DNA from: an uncultured candidatus Porisulfidus sp.
GTDB lineage: Bacteria; Pseudomonadota; Gammaproteobacteria; Poriferisulfidales; Poriferisulfidaceae
Direction of reading: 5' to 3'
Assembly (NCBI GenBank): GCA_965214545.1
Contig: OZ243950.1
Location: 59,044 to 123,043, forward strand
Length of the DNA stretch: 64,000 bases
The notes under the pieces: generated by a model
The model's database searches: none
What the model saw: only the letters and a program-made list of their open reading frames with translations
What the model was told of the DNA's origin: nothing
Shown here: positions 16,120 through 27,092 of the stretch, one piece after another
Numbering within the stretch: position 1 is the first letter of the stretch
How the letters are laid out: every line of letters starts with the position of its first letter
Translations under genes and position numbers: made by a program

Positions 16120-17158
16120 GGCTCTTCGTCCATTGGTGTGGGTGAGTCAGTCAGCTGAGGGGACGCCAGCAGGGTAGAGATTCAAGCCGCCGAGGTGGAA
16201 GTAGATCGCATCGCAGAAGCGTTCTTCGCTACGGAAGCCATGGCTTCGGATCTTGACCAGCCGGATACGGCTGTTGATGCCTTCCGCAGGGCCATTGCTG
16301 GCTTTCAACACGATTGCATTGATGATGCCCCACAGATGTTCGCGGATCATCCGCGCCGCCTTGAGCACCGGCGCCAGCCGGCAGCGCGAGGCCCAGGCCA
16401 GCCAGCGCTTCCACGCCTTCAGCGCCCAGGCCCGGCTCAGGTAATCCCACAACTGCGCCGCTTCTTCCTTCAGCGCCCAAGCCCGAGCCGTGCGCAGCGT
16501 GGTGCGCCGCATCAACGCATTGAACGCCCGCCGTTGCGCCCGATTCATGTGCTCCGGCCGGGTCAGCCACTGGTAGCGGCTGCCCTTCAGCGTCTCGTCG
16601 CCAAGCGTGGTCAGCTCCCGGTGCTCCGCCCGGCGCCGCGCCAGCCCGCGTTCCGTCGCCCGCTTCATCAGCCCGGCCACCGCCTTCCAGCCCAGCCCGA
16701 CCTGCCGCGATACCGCCGACACTGACGCCTCCTTCAGCAAACGAATCACATACGCCTCGAATAGCGCCGTGTAGCGCGAGCCTTTCTCCGCCCACGGCAG
16801 CTCGATCATCCGCTTGCCGTGCTCCGCACAGTTCACTCGCGGCACCTCGCACACCAGGTACAGCTGATGCTCGCAGGCATCCAGGTGGCGCCACTTCCGC
16901 AGCACCGTGTCGTAGCCGGGGCTGCGAGCCCCGCATTCCGGACAACGTAGCGCCGCCCGCGAGGTCCGCGCCACATGCACGTGGTAAGCCTTGTCAGACT
17001 CCGAAAACTCCACTCGCGACACCTTCCACCCCCGGCCCAGCCCCACCATTCGGGAAAAGGCCTCCGAAACCTTGCGCATCTCTTCCATTGACCGCCTCCC
17101 GGCCTTGATGATCTTCCAAAATCATCATACTATTGCCCACACCAATGGACGAAGAGCC
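16120..17158 (-). mobile_element. ISL3-family insertion sequence, internally deleted
   Basis: Perfect 23 bp terminal IRs GGCTCTTCGTCCATTGGTGTGGG (16120-16142 / 17136-17158) flanked by 8 bp direct repeat TGTAAAGA (16112-16119 / 17159-17166). Confidence 0.95.
16147..17088 (-). pseudogene. ISL3 transposase with in-frame deletion in the DDE domain
   Basis: Zn finger CPECG...WRHLD..C..HG, LPWA, HTH, C-terminal SNGPAEGINSRI..SHGFRS; the IGVDE...MDM...DRFH catalytic segment is absent at GLARR/RAEHREL. Confidence 0.85.
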
Positions 17159-17166
17159 TGTAAAGA

Positions 17167-17234
17167 ATTCGCGCAGGACACCGCGGCGTGCACTCGCGAC
17201 GGCCAGGGAACGGATGAAACAGGTGACACGATGA
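17167..17234 (+). pseudogene. HigB/Gp49-type toxin, C-terminal fragment
   Basis: Removing ISL3 restores FVKNSRRTPRRALATARERMKQVTR* (from 16110), matching the FxKKxxKTP C-terminal motif; stop overlaps antitoxin ATG. Confidence 0.75.
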
Positions 17235-17515
17235 CAAAACTCAAAGAGCTTAAAAAGCAGTTCATGAAGGACTCCGGTTTCCGGGAGGAATATGCGCGGG
17301 CCGATGAGGAGTATGCGCTGGTGGAGGCGCTGGTACGTGCACGTACGGCGGCAAAGCTGACACAGGCAGAGCTTGCCCAGCGTCTTGGAACTACCCAGTC
17401 AGCGGTCGCACGGTTGGAGGGTGGGCGGGTGTCCCCGTCTTTTGCCACGCTGCGCCGCTACGCTGAAGCAACCGGTACACGTCTGACAGTGGGCCTGGTC
17501 CAGATCGATACCTAA
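17231..17515 (+). CDS. Xre-family HTH antitoxin (HigA-like)
   Basis: MTKLKELKKQFMKDSGFREEY...LTQAELAQRLGTTQSAVARLEGG..PSFATLRRYAEATG. Confidence 0.88.
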   Translation: MTKLKELKKQFMKDSGFREEYARADEEYALVEALVRARTAAKLTQAELAQRLGTTQSAVARLEGGRVSPSFATLRRYAEATGTRLTVGLVQIDT

Positions 17516-17558
17516 GGTGTGTGCAGGCCGTGTGCTAATGCAATGATGGCTTTCCGGC

Positions 17559-18446
17559 TTATCCTTTCTTCAGGGACCGCCGGCGCACAATCTTCGCCAA
17601 AGCGGCGGAATCCAATCCCCCATCGCCCTGCGCGACCAGTTTCTCCATCAGGTGCAGCGCGTCTGCCGCACCGGGCAGGGACAGGCCGGTCTCCCGGGCC
17701 TCCTGTTCCACAATCCGAAGATCCTTCAGATGCAATTCAGCCTTGAATCCAGGCTGGTAGTCGCCGCTCAGCATGCGCTGTCCGTGGACCTCCAAGATGC
17801 GGCTGTAGGCGAACCCTCCGAGCAGCGCGTCGCGGACCGGTTCGCGGTTCACGCCGCTGGATTCCGCCAGCAGGAACGCTTCCGCCACCGCGGCCATCGT
17901 CTGCGCCACGAGTAACTGGTTGCAGGCCTTGGCCACCTGTCCGGCCCCGGCTTCGCCGATCCGGTGCACCTGCCCGCCAAGCACCTCGAATATCGGGCGC
18001 ACGCGTTCAAACACGTCTTCCGGCCCGCCGACCATGATCGAGAGGGTACCGTCGATGGCCCCGGCCTCGCCTCCGGACACCGGGGCGTCCAACATGGCGA
18101 TGCCTTGGGCTTCCAGTTGCTTGGCCACGGTCCGTGTCTCGGTTGGCGAGACCGTGCTCATGTCGACCACGATGTGCCCGGGTGGGGCCCCTTTATCAAT
18201 TCCTCTCTCTCCCGTCACGACGTCCCGCATGTCGGGCGTATCCGCTACCATGACGATGGTCAGGTCGGTTGCCGCGCTGACTTCGGCCGGGCTGTTCCCG
18301 GTCGTCGCCCCGGCTTCGACCAGGGGGTCCAGCTGCCCGGGCCGGCGCGCGTAGGCCTGGACCGGATACCCGGCGCGCAGCAGGTTCAGGACCATCGGGC
18401 GGCCCATGATGCCGGGGCCGACCCAGCCAATGGACAGATCGCTCAT
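17559..18446 (-). CDS. Beta-hydroxyacid dehydrogenase (2-hydroxy-3-oxopropionate reductase-like)
   Basis: IGWVGPGIMGRPM, DMST, LDAPVSGG, GQVAKACNQ, PGFKAELHLKDL. Confidence 0.9.
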   Translation of the reverse strand: MSDLSIGWVGPGIMGRPMVLNLLRAGYPVQAYARRPGQLDPLVEAGATTGNSPAEVSAATDLTIVMVADTPDMRDVVTGERGIDKGAPPGHIVVDMSTVSPTETRTVAKQLEAQGIAMLDAPVSGGEAGAIDGTLSIMVGGPEDVFERVRPIFEVLGGQVHRIGEAGAGQVAKACNQLLVAQTMAAVAEAFLLAESSGVNREPVRDALLGGFAYSRILEVHGQRMLSGDYQPGFKAELHLKDLRIVEQEARETGLSLPGAADALHLMEKLVAQGDGGLDSAALAKIVRRRSLKKG

Positions 18447-18490
18447 AACGTCGGTTCCCTTTACAATATTCACCGCATCATACCTGTACC

Positions 18491-19507
18491 GTGAAAGTCT
18501 ATTTCAGAAAACTCCGCGAGGCCCTGAACGGGCCGCTGTTGCCGGTGTACCTGATCACCGGGGACGAACCGGTGCAGATGCGGGATGCGGCGCGGATGAT
18601 TCGCCGTCGGGCAAAGCAGGAAGGTTTCGACCGCCGTGAACTGCGGATCATCGAGCGGGGGTTTGCCTGGGAGGAATTGCCGACTCTGTGCAGTCCGTCC
18701 CTGTTCGGGGACCAGGCCATGCTCGACATGCGGGTGCTGAGCGGCAAGCCGGACGCGACGGCGAAAGCCCGGCTCCGGGAATGGTGCGACCAGGCCCCGG
18801 AGGGCAGCCTGATCACCGTGCAGGTGCCGCGCTTGGACAACCGGGCCCTGAGCGAGGCGTGGGTGCGCGCTATCGACAAGATTGGCCTAGTCGTGCGGAT
18901 CATGCCCTTGGACGAGCGGGAGACCCGGCAGTGGTTGCACGGGGCCCTGCGCAAGCGCGAACTGGAGATGGACGACTTCGAGATGGATTATTTCCTGTCT
19001 TGCGTGGAGGGCAACCTGTTGGCGGCTGAACAAGAATTGCACAAACTGCACATCCTGAACGGACCGGGACCGGTCTCGATGGCGTCCCTGCAGCAGTTCC
19101 TGGGCCAAGACGCCCGCTACGAGGCGATGGACCTGGCGATGGCCATGCTGCAGGGCCGGGGCCGGCGCATCGTCAGCGTGGCGCGGAACTTGGAAAGCGA
19201 AGGGCACGACCCGGTCGCGACGCACGCCATGCTGATGCGCGAGGTGCGCCAGCTGCTCGCCCTGAGCCGGCAGCCATCCGGGTTGGACAAGGTGTTCCCG
19301 TTCACCCGGCGCGACCTGCTGGGCCGGGCCTTGAAGCAACACTCCCCGGAGCACTTTCGCGTTATACTGAAACGCTTCATTCACCTGGAACGGGTGGTCA
19401 AGGGGCAGGGGCCGGAAGGCCCGTGGCCCGCCATCCAGAACGCCTGCCTGGCTTTTTCAGGGAAAGACCGATTGTTGCCGGTACAGGGAGTCTCCGACCA
19501 TGCCTGA
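18491..19507 (+). CDS. holA: DNA polymerase III delta subunit
   Basis: LPVYLITGDEP, PSLFG, VEGNLLAAEQELHKL. Confidence 0.88.
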   Translation: MKVYFRKLREALNGPLLPVYLITGDEPVQMRDAARMIRRRAKQEGFDRRELRIIERGFAWEELPTLCSPSLFGDQAMLDMRVLSGKPDATAKARLREWCDQAPEGSLITVQVPRLDNRALSEAWVRAIDKIGLVVRIMPLDERETRQWLHGALRKRELEMDDFEMDYFLSCVEGNLLAAEQELHKLHILNGPGPVSMASLQQFLGQDARYEAMDLAMAMLQGRGRRIVSVARNLESEGHDPVATHAMLMREVRQLLALSRQPSGLDKVFPFTRRDLLGRALKQHSPEHFRVILKRFIHLERVVKGQGPEGPWPAIQNACLAFSGKDRLLPVQGVSDHA

Positions 19508-20762
19508 CGAAAACCTGGATGCCCGGATTGCCGAACTCGGCCAGGCCGCGCGTGCGGCCGGGCGGGTGATCGCGGCCTCCGGCCCGGAGGCGCGCAATCA
19601 GGTCTTGAAGACCACGGCCGGGCTGATCCGGGACCGAACCGACACCCTCCTCGAAGCCAACGCGGAAGACGTGGACGCGGCGCGGGCGCATCGCAACGAG
19701 GCTTTCATCGACCGCCTGGCGCTGGACGGCCCGAGGCTTGAGGCGTTGGCGGTGGAACTGGAACATATTGCCGCATTGCCGGACCTCCTGGGCCGGGTCT
19801 CGGACGTGCGAGACCGGTCCAATGGCCTGAAAATCGGCCGCATGCGGGTGCCGATCGGCGTCATCGGCATGATCTACGAGGCGCGCCCCGGCGTGACCGT
19901 GGAGGCGGGTGGCTTGTGCATCAAGTCCGGCAACGCGGTGATCCTGCGCGGCGGCTCCGAGTCGTACCGGTCCAACCAGGCGCTGGCGGCTTGCCTGCAG
20001 GACGGCCTGCGCGAAGCGTCGCTGCCTGCGGAAGGCGCACAGTTGCTGCCGACCACGGACCGGGCTGCGATTGATGCCTTGCTGAAGATGGACCAGTGGG
20101 TGGACCTGATCATCCCCCGCGGCGGGACGGAACTAATCAAGCGGGTGCACGACCAGACCCATATCCCGATCCTCAAGCACCTGCACGGCGTGTGCCACGT
20201 GTACCTCGACGATGCGGCCGACCGGGAGCAGGCGATCCGGATCGCGGTCAACGCCAAGACTCAGCGTTACGGGGTGTGCAATGCGATGGAGACCCTGCTG
20301 GTCGCGGAATCTCGCGCCGAAGAGTTGTTGCCGGTCTTAGGCGAGGCCTACGCCGGGCATGGCGTGGAGATCCGTGGCTGCCCCCGCACCTGCGCGTTGC
20401 TGGAGCAGGCTGTGCCGGCGGTCGAGGACGACTGGAGCGAGGAGTATCTGTCGCCGGTCCTGTCGGTGCGGGTCGTCGCCGGACTCGACGAGGCGATGGA
20501 CCACATCGACACCTACGGATCCCACCATACGGACGCCATCGTCACCACCGACGAGGGGCGGGCGCAGCGGTTCTTGCGCGAAGTGGACTCCAGTTCGGTG
20601 ATGGTCAATGCCTCGACCCGGTTCGCGGACGGCTTCGAGTACGGGCTGGGCGCGGAGATCGGGATCAGCACGGATAAACTGCATGCCCGCGGCCCGGTCG
20701 GCCTGGAAGGGCTGACCAGCCAGAAGTTCGTGGTCTACGGCGACGGCCAGGTCCGCGTATAA
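19500..20762 (+). CDS. proA: Gamma-glutamyl phosphate reductase
   Basis: VPIGVIGMIYEARP, KSGNAVILRGGSE, CNAMETLLV, VNASTRFADGFEYGLGAEIGIST. Confidence 0.97.
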   Translation: MPDENLDARIAELGQAARAAGRVIAASGPEARNQVLKTTAGLIRDRTDTLLEANAEDVDAARAHRNEAFIDRLALDGPRLEALAVELEHIAALPDLLGRVSDVRDRSNGLKIGRMRVPIGVIGMIYEARPGVTVEAGGLCIKSGNAVILRGGSESYRSNQALAACLQDGLREASLPAEGAQLLPTTDRAAIDALLKMDQWVDLIIPRGGTELIKRVHDQTHIPILKHLHGVCHVYLDDAADREQAIRIAVNAKTQRYGVCNAMETLLVAESRAEELLPVLGEAYAGHGVEIRGCPRTCALLEQAVPAVEDDWSEEYLSPVLSVRVVAGLDEAMDHIDTYGSHHTDAIVTTDEGRAQRFLREVDSSSVMVNASTRFADGFEYGLGAEIGISTDKLHARGPVGLEGLTSQKFVVYGDGQVRV

Positions 20763-20787
20763 TTTCGCCGCCTGCGAGGCCCAGACC

Positions 20788-21879
20788 ATGGAAGAATTCT
20801 CACTACCGGACCAGTTGCGCGACCTGACACAGCGGGTGGACGCGCTCAGGGGGTATCTTTGACCTCGACGACAAGCGCCGCCAGCTGGACGACATAAAGC
20901 AGCAGCTGGAAAACCCCGAAATCTGGAAGGACCCGGACCAGGCCCGCGCGCTGGGCCAGGCCCGCGCCCGCCTGGCGGCCATCGTCGAGACGCTCGACGA
21001 ACTCGGCGGCTCCCTGCGCGACACCGGCGAGTTGCTGGATATCGCCTTGGAGGAGCAGGACGAGGACACTCTGGAAGCGCTGGCAGTCGATGTCCGCGGC
21101 TGCGCGAAACAGGTGCACGACCTGGAGTTCCAGCGCATGTTCTCCGGGCGTTTCGACTCCGGCGACGCCTTTCTCGACATCCAGGCCGGATCCGGCGGCA
21201 CCGAGGCACAGGACTGGGCCGAGATGCTGCTGCGTATGTATTTGCGCTGGGGGGAGAAGCGCGGTTACGGAACCGAACTGATCGCCGCCTCGGCGGGCGA
21301 GGTGGCGGGGATCAAGAGCGCGACCATCAAGTACACCGGCGAGCACTGTTTTGGCTGGTTGCGCACGGAGACCGGCGTGCACCGGCTGGTGCGCAAATCG
21401 CCCTTCGATTCCGGCAACCGCCGGCACACCTCGTTCGCGTCGGTGGTGGTCTCGCCGGCGGTCAACGACGAGATCGAGATTGAGATCGACCCGAGCGACC
21501 TGCGGGTCGACGTGTACCGGGCCAGCGGGGCCGGGGGCCAGCATGTCAACAAGACCGAATCGGCGGTGCGGCTCACGCACCTGCCGAGCGGCGTCGTCAC
21601 ACAATGTCAGAATAGCCGGTCCCAGCACAAGAACAAGGAGATGGCGATGCGGCAGTTGCGAGCCAAGCTCTACCAGTTGGAAGAGCAGAAGCGGCGCGAG
21701 GCCGAACAGCAAAGCGGGGACAAGGCGGATATCGGCTGGGGCAGCCAGATCCGTTCCTACGTGTTGGATCAGTCGCGAATCAAGGATCTGCGCACCCAGG
21801 TCGAAACGGGCACGCCGCAGGCCGTGCTGGATGGCGATCTCGATGCGTTTCTCGAAGCCAGCCTGAAAGCGGGGTTGTG

Positions 21880-21880
<1 letters not shown>
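20788..21880 (+). CDS. prfB: Peptide chain release factor 2 (programmed +1 frameshift)
   Basis: ATG 20788, AGGGGG-TAT-CTT-TGA-C at 20848-20863, then +1 frame with SPF and GGQ motifs. Confidence 0.97.
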
Positions 21881-23376
<1,496 letters not shown>

Positions 23377-23382
23377 TCCGGA

Positions 23383-23538
23383 TTAGCTGATTTCCAGGAA
23401 CCCGAGGACCGCCAGCCCGGCGGCGATCGCGCCGAGGATGTAGAGGAGGATGCCGATGTCGCGCTGGCGGTTGAACAGGATGTAACCGCCGATCAGCAGC
23501 AGGATCGCCACGTACAGGATCAGCATCATCCGCGACAT
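23383..23538 (-). CDS. Small two-helix membrane protein (51 aa), unknown function
   Basis: MSRMMLILYVAILLLIGGYILFNRQRDIGILLYILGAIAAGLAVLGFLEIS*; GGAGG RBS inside ygfZ 3' end, 1 nt gap, host-like GC3-rich codons. Confidence 0.75.
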   Translation of the reverse strand: MSRMMLILYVAILLLIGGYILFNRQRDIGILLYILGAIAAGLAVLGFLEIS

Positions 23539-23539
23539 G

Positions 23540-24490
23540 TCAGTCGCCTCCGGTCAACTGGTAGGGGAGCGGGAGGGGCTCCAGGGCCGGGCCGTCCGGG
23601 CGCTGCGCGCGCAACGGCTGGCCGGCATCCACCGCACGCACGGAGGCCAGCATCTGGCAGGGACCGCCGTCGGGCGGGATGCGGGCATCGACGATCCGCC
23701 CGCAGGGCCGGGCCCCGGGATTCTCGCCGAGGTGGATGGGGTCGCCCGGGGCCGGGATTTCGTCGCAGTGGGCGCTCAGGCGGTAGGTGCGGAACTTGAC
23801 CTCGCCGCGGTACTTCATGCGCGCGACGACTTCCTGGCCGGGGTAGCAGCCCTTGCTGAAGCTGACCGCGTCGACCAGGTCCAGGTTCAGGTGCTGCGGG
23901 ACGAATTGCTCCCGGTTCTCGGCCCGGACGAACGCGATGCCGTCCTCGATGTCCCAGAGGCGCCAGAGGTCAGTGCCCGGGCCGGGCGCCTGGCCGTCTT
24001 CCCACAAGCCCGTCGCCGCATCCTGGGGGCTGATCACCAGCCATCGGCCCGGCGATCCGGGCCAGGCAATGGCGGCATACGGGTTGGTTTCCATCTGGCT
24101 CAGGGGGGAGCGGGGCAATTCGACCGGGAACTCGGGATGCTTTTCGAGGTAGGGCCCGGTGACGCCGAACAGGGTGTAGGAGTCCGCCAAGGATTCGATT
24201 TTGACATCGGAGCGCAGCTGGAACATGCGCAAGCGTTGGATGACGGCTTCGCCGAGGTCTGCCGGCAGTGCAATCCGGTAGGGGCCTCCGCGGGTGCGCC
24301 AGACCAGGAAGTTGGCGATCATCTGCCCTTTGGGCAGGCAATAGGCGGACAACTGGGCCCGGTTTTCGGGCAGGGCCAGGAGGTCGTTGGTGAATTGGCC
24401 GTGCAGGAAGTCGGGGGCATCGGCACCGTCGATGCCGAGGAGGGTCCAGTCGCCGATCGTGTAGAGGTTCGGGGCATCTTTTTTGGGCAT
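23540..24490 (-). CDS. ygfZ: Folate-binding Fe-S cluster repair protein YgfZ
   Basis: GADAPDFLHGQFTND, signature FSKGCYPGQEVVAR. Confidence 0.92.
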   Translation of the reverse strand: MPKKDAPNLYTIGDWTLLGIDGADAPDFLHGQFTNDLLALPENRAQLSAYCLPKGQMIANFLVWRTRGGPYRIALPADLGEAVIQRLRMFQLRSDVKIESLADSYTLFGVTGPYLEKHPEFPVELPRSPLSQMETNPYAAIAWPGSPGRWLVISPQDAATGLWEDGQAPGPGTDLWRLWDIEDGIAFVRAENREQFVPQHLNLDLVDAVSFSKGCYPGQEVVARMKYRGEVKFRTYRLSAHCDEIPAPGDPIHLGENPGARPCGRIVDARIPPDGGPCQMLASVRAVDAGQPLRAQRPDGPALEPLPLPYQLTGGD

Positions 24491-24572
24491 GGCGGGTCTG
24501 GAATTCCGGTTGGCCGGTGGGCTGGACCCTAAATGATAAACTATTCGGGAGCACAATTTCCGGTGGCGAGGT

Positions 24573-24851
24573 ATGGGGAATCAGTCAAGCGAGGCCCAGG
24601 GTTTTCCATTTGAGGAGTCTCTCAAGCAATTGGAGGACCTGGTCGAACGGCTGGAAGCTGGTGAAATTTCACTGGAAGAATCGCTGCAGGATTTCGAGCA
24701 TGGCGTCGCCTTGGTGCGCACCTTGCGCGAGCGCCTGGATCAGGCGCAGCAGAGGGTCGACAAGATCGTGGAGCAGGAGAGCGGGGAGACGACCGCAGAC
24801 CCCATGAATCTCATGGACGATGAAGACAACGACAAGGACGGTGAGTTGTGA
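24573..24851 (+). CDS. xseB: Exodeoxyribonuclease VII small subunit
   Basis: FEESLKQLEDLVERLEAGEISLEESLQDFEHG. Confidence 0.93.
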   Translation: MGNQSSEAQGFPFEESLKQLEDLVERLEAGEISLEESLQDFEHGVALVRTLRERLDQAQQRVDKIVEQESGETTADPMNLMDDEDNDKDGEL

Positions 24852-26704
24852 AAGAGTTTCCATTTCTGTCGAAGATTGAAAGCCCGATCGATTTGCGCCG
24901 GCTACACCGCGAGAACCTGCCGACGGTTGCGAACGAGCTTCGCGAATACCTGATCCAAAGCGTGGCCCGGTGCGGCGGGCACTTCGGAGCCAGTCTCGGC
25001 GCGGTCGAACTGACCGTGGTCCTGCACTATGCCTTCAACACGCCGGACGACTACCTGGTCTGGGATGTCGGCCACCAGGCCTACGGGCACAAGATCCTGA
25101 CCGGGCGCCGCGAGCAGCTGGAGACGATTCGCCGCTGGGGTGGCCTGGCGCCATTCCCGGAGCGGCACGAAAGCCCGTACGACAGTTTCGGGGTGGGACA
25201 CTCCAGCACTTCAATCAGTGCGGCCCTGGGCATGGCGCTGGCCAGCCGCAACGCGGGGACGCCGTGCAAGTCGGTCGCGGTGATCGGGGATGGCGGCCTG
25301 ACGGCCGGCTTGGCTTACGAGGCGCTCAATCACCTGGGGGTCTCCGATGCCGACGTGCTGGTGGTCCTGAACGACAACGAGATGTCGATCTCGCCGAACG
25401 TGGGCGCGATGTCCCGCTACCTGACCCGCCTGCTTGCGGGGAGCCTGTACAGTTCGGTGCGCGAGCGCGGCCAGCGCATGCTGAGTTCGGTGCCCCGAGT
25501 CAAAAAATTCGCGATGCGGATGGAGGGGCAGCTCAAGGGGATGATCCTGCCGGCGGGCATGCTGTTCGAGGAACTGGGGGTGCAGTATTTCGGGCCGGTG
25601 GGCGGTCATGACGTGTTGGGCTTGCTGGAGGTCGTGGAGAAGATGCGCGACCAGACGGGCCCGCGCCTGCTGCACGTCATCACCCAGAAAGGGAAGGGCT
25701 ATGAGCCCGCGGAAGGCGATCCCGTGGGCTATCACGCCGTGCCGATCTTCGATCCGGAGATCGGTGTGGAGAAGAAAGGATCCAGCGGAGGGCCGACCTA
25801 TACGCAGGTGTTCGGCGAGTGGCTGTCCGACCAGGCTGCCGCAGACTCCCGGCTGTTGGCGATCACCCCGGCGATGCGGGAGGGCAGCGGCCTCGTCCGC
25901 TTCGAGAAGGAGTACCCGGAACGTTATTTCGACGTTGGTATCGCCGAGCAGCACTCGGTCGCCGTGGCCGCGGGCATGGCCTGCGCGGGCGCGAAGCCGG
26001 TGGTGGCCATCTACTCGACGTTCCTGCAGCGCGGATACGACCAGTTAGTCCACGACATCGTGGTGCAGGAACTGGACGTGCTGCTGGCCATCGACCGGGC
26101 CGGGATGGTCGGAAACGACGGGAAGACTCACGTCGGCGCCTTCGACCTGTCCTACCTGCGTTGCCTGCCGGGCATGGTGGTCATGGTCCCATCCGATGAA
26201 GACGAATGCCGGAAGATGCTGACGACGGGGTTCCTGCACGAAGGTCCGGCGGCGGTGCGCTATCCGCGCGGCAAGGGGCCGGGGGCCGAGATTGAGAAGA
26301 ACCTGGAGCCGATTCCGATTGGCAAGGCGCGCAAGGTCCGCGAAGGAAAAGAGATCGCGTTCCTGGTGTTCGGCAGCCTGCTGGACCAGGTGCGCCCGGT
26401 CGCGGAGGAACTGGACGCGACGCTGATCGACATGCGTTTCGTCAAACCCCTGGACCTGGAATGCCTGAACGAGGCGGCGGCGGCCCACGGGTTGCTGGTG
26501 ACGGTCGAAGACAACGTCGTGGCAGGCGGGGCGGGCAGCGCGGTGGGCGAGGCCCTGGAGTTGGAAGGGTCCACCCGGATGCTGCAACTGGGCCTGCCGG
26601 ATCGCTATGTCGAGCATGGTACCCGCGAGGAACAATTGACATCGGTGGGTCTGGATACGGACGGAATCAGAAAATCGGTGGCCGAGTATCGGGGAGAGGG
26701 CTGA
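24848..26704 (+). CDS. dxs: 1-deoxy-D-xylulose-5-phosphate synthase
   Basis: GHFGASLG, WDVGHQAY, GHSSTSIS, GDGG...LNDN, DVGIAEQH, IYSTFLQRGYDQ, DRAG. Confidence 0.98.
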   Translation: MKEFPFLSKIESPIDLRRLHRENLPTVANELREYLIQSVARCGGHFGASLGAVELTVVLHYAFNTPDDYLVWDVGHQAYGHKILTGRREQLETIRRWGGLAPFPERHESPYDSFGVGHSSTSISAALGMALASRNAGTPCKSVAVIGDGGLTAGLAYEALNHLGVSDADVLVVLNDNEMSISPNVGAMSRYLTRLLAGSLYSSVRERGQRMLSSVPRVKKFAMRMEGQLKGMILPAGMLFEELGVQYFGPVGGHDVLGLLEVVEKMRDQTGPRLLHVITQKGKGYEPAEGDPVGYHAVPIFDPEIGVEKKGSSGGPTYTQVFGEWLSDQAAADSRLLAITPAMREGSGLVRFEKEYPERYFDVGIAEQHSVAVAAGMACAGAKPVVAIYSTFLQRGYDQLVHDIVVQELDVLLAIDRAGMVGNDGKTHVGAFDLSYLRCLPGMVVMVPSDEDECRKMLTTGFLHEGPAAVRYPRGKGPGAEIEKNLEPIPIGKARKVREGKEIAFLVFGSLLDQVRPVAEELDATLIDMRFVKPLDLECLNEAAAAHGLLVTVEDNVVAGGAGSAVGEALELEGSTRMLQLGLPDRYVEHGTREEQLTSVGLDTDGIRKSVAEYRGEG

Positions 26705-26766
26705 CGGTCCGGTGCTGAGTATGCCGGGCGGGCCCTACCATGTGTCCGCTGGAAAGGAAGCCAGCA

Positions 26767-26793
26767 GGGTGTAAGAGAACTTTTCTTATACCC
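26767..26793 (+). terminator. Stem-loop after dxs, possible terminator
   Basis: GGGTGTAAGAGA-ACT-TTTCTTATACCC hairpin with G-U pairs; no strong U tract. Confidence 0.4.
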
Positions 26794-26805
26794 GTATATA
26801 CAATA

Positions 26806-27092
26806 TATTTCAAATGGTTAGGCACACAAACTTTGATTCTGCACACCCGTAAACTTTCATTTATGCAAGCGGGTTGAATTTACAGACATTTTTTGTTATC
26901 GATCCGACCATTCTCTGGAGCCGTTTCGGCAGATTTCCAGGTTTTTTCAGGCTAATGACATGTCAATAAATACTATAAATTTTATGTGGCTATGACAGAT
27001 AACTTTGATTCTTCCGTAGTCTTAACTTTGATTCAAGCAAGGTTCTAATTAAAATATTTATATTTCAATAAGTTACTAATGCTAACTTTGAT
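26806..27092. repeat. AT-rich array of degenerate repeats with five AACTTT(G/C)AT boxes
   Basis: Boxes at 26829, 26852, 27001, 27024, 27084; three are preceded at identical 8 nt spacing by a WATTTYA-NNN-GG/AG-YTA-like element (26806, 26978, 27061). Confidence 0.7.

Noticed and set aside
17516-17560. attR copy of the tRNA-Ser 3' end or an integrase closing the islet
   Set aside because: No duplicate of the tRNA 3' sequence and no tyrosine recombinase ORF found.
26806-27092. CRISPR array or integron attC interpretation of the AT-rich repeats
   Set aside because: Repeats are short and degenerate with irregular unit spacing; no cas genes, integron integrase or attC-like long hairpins.
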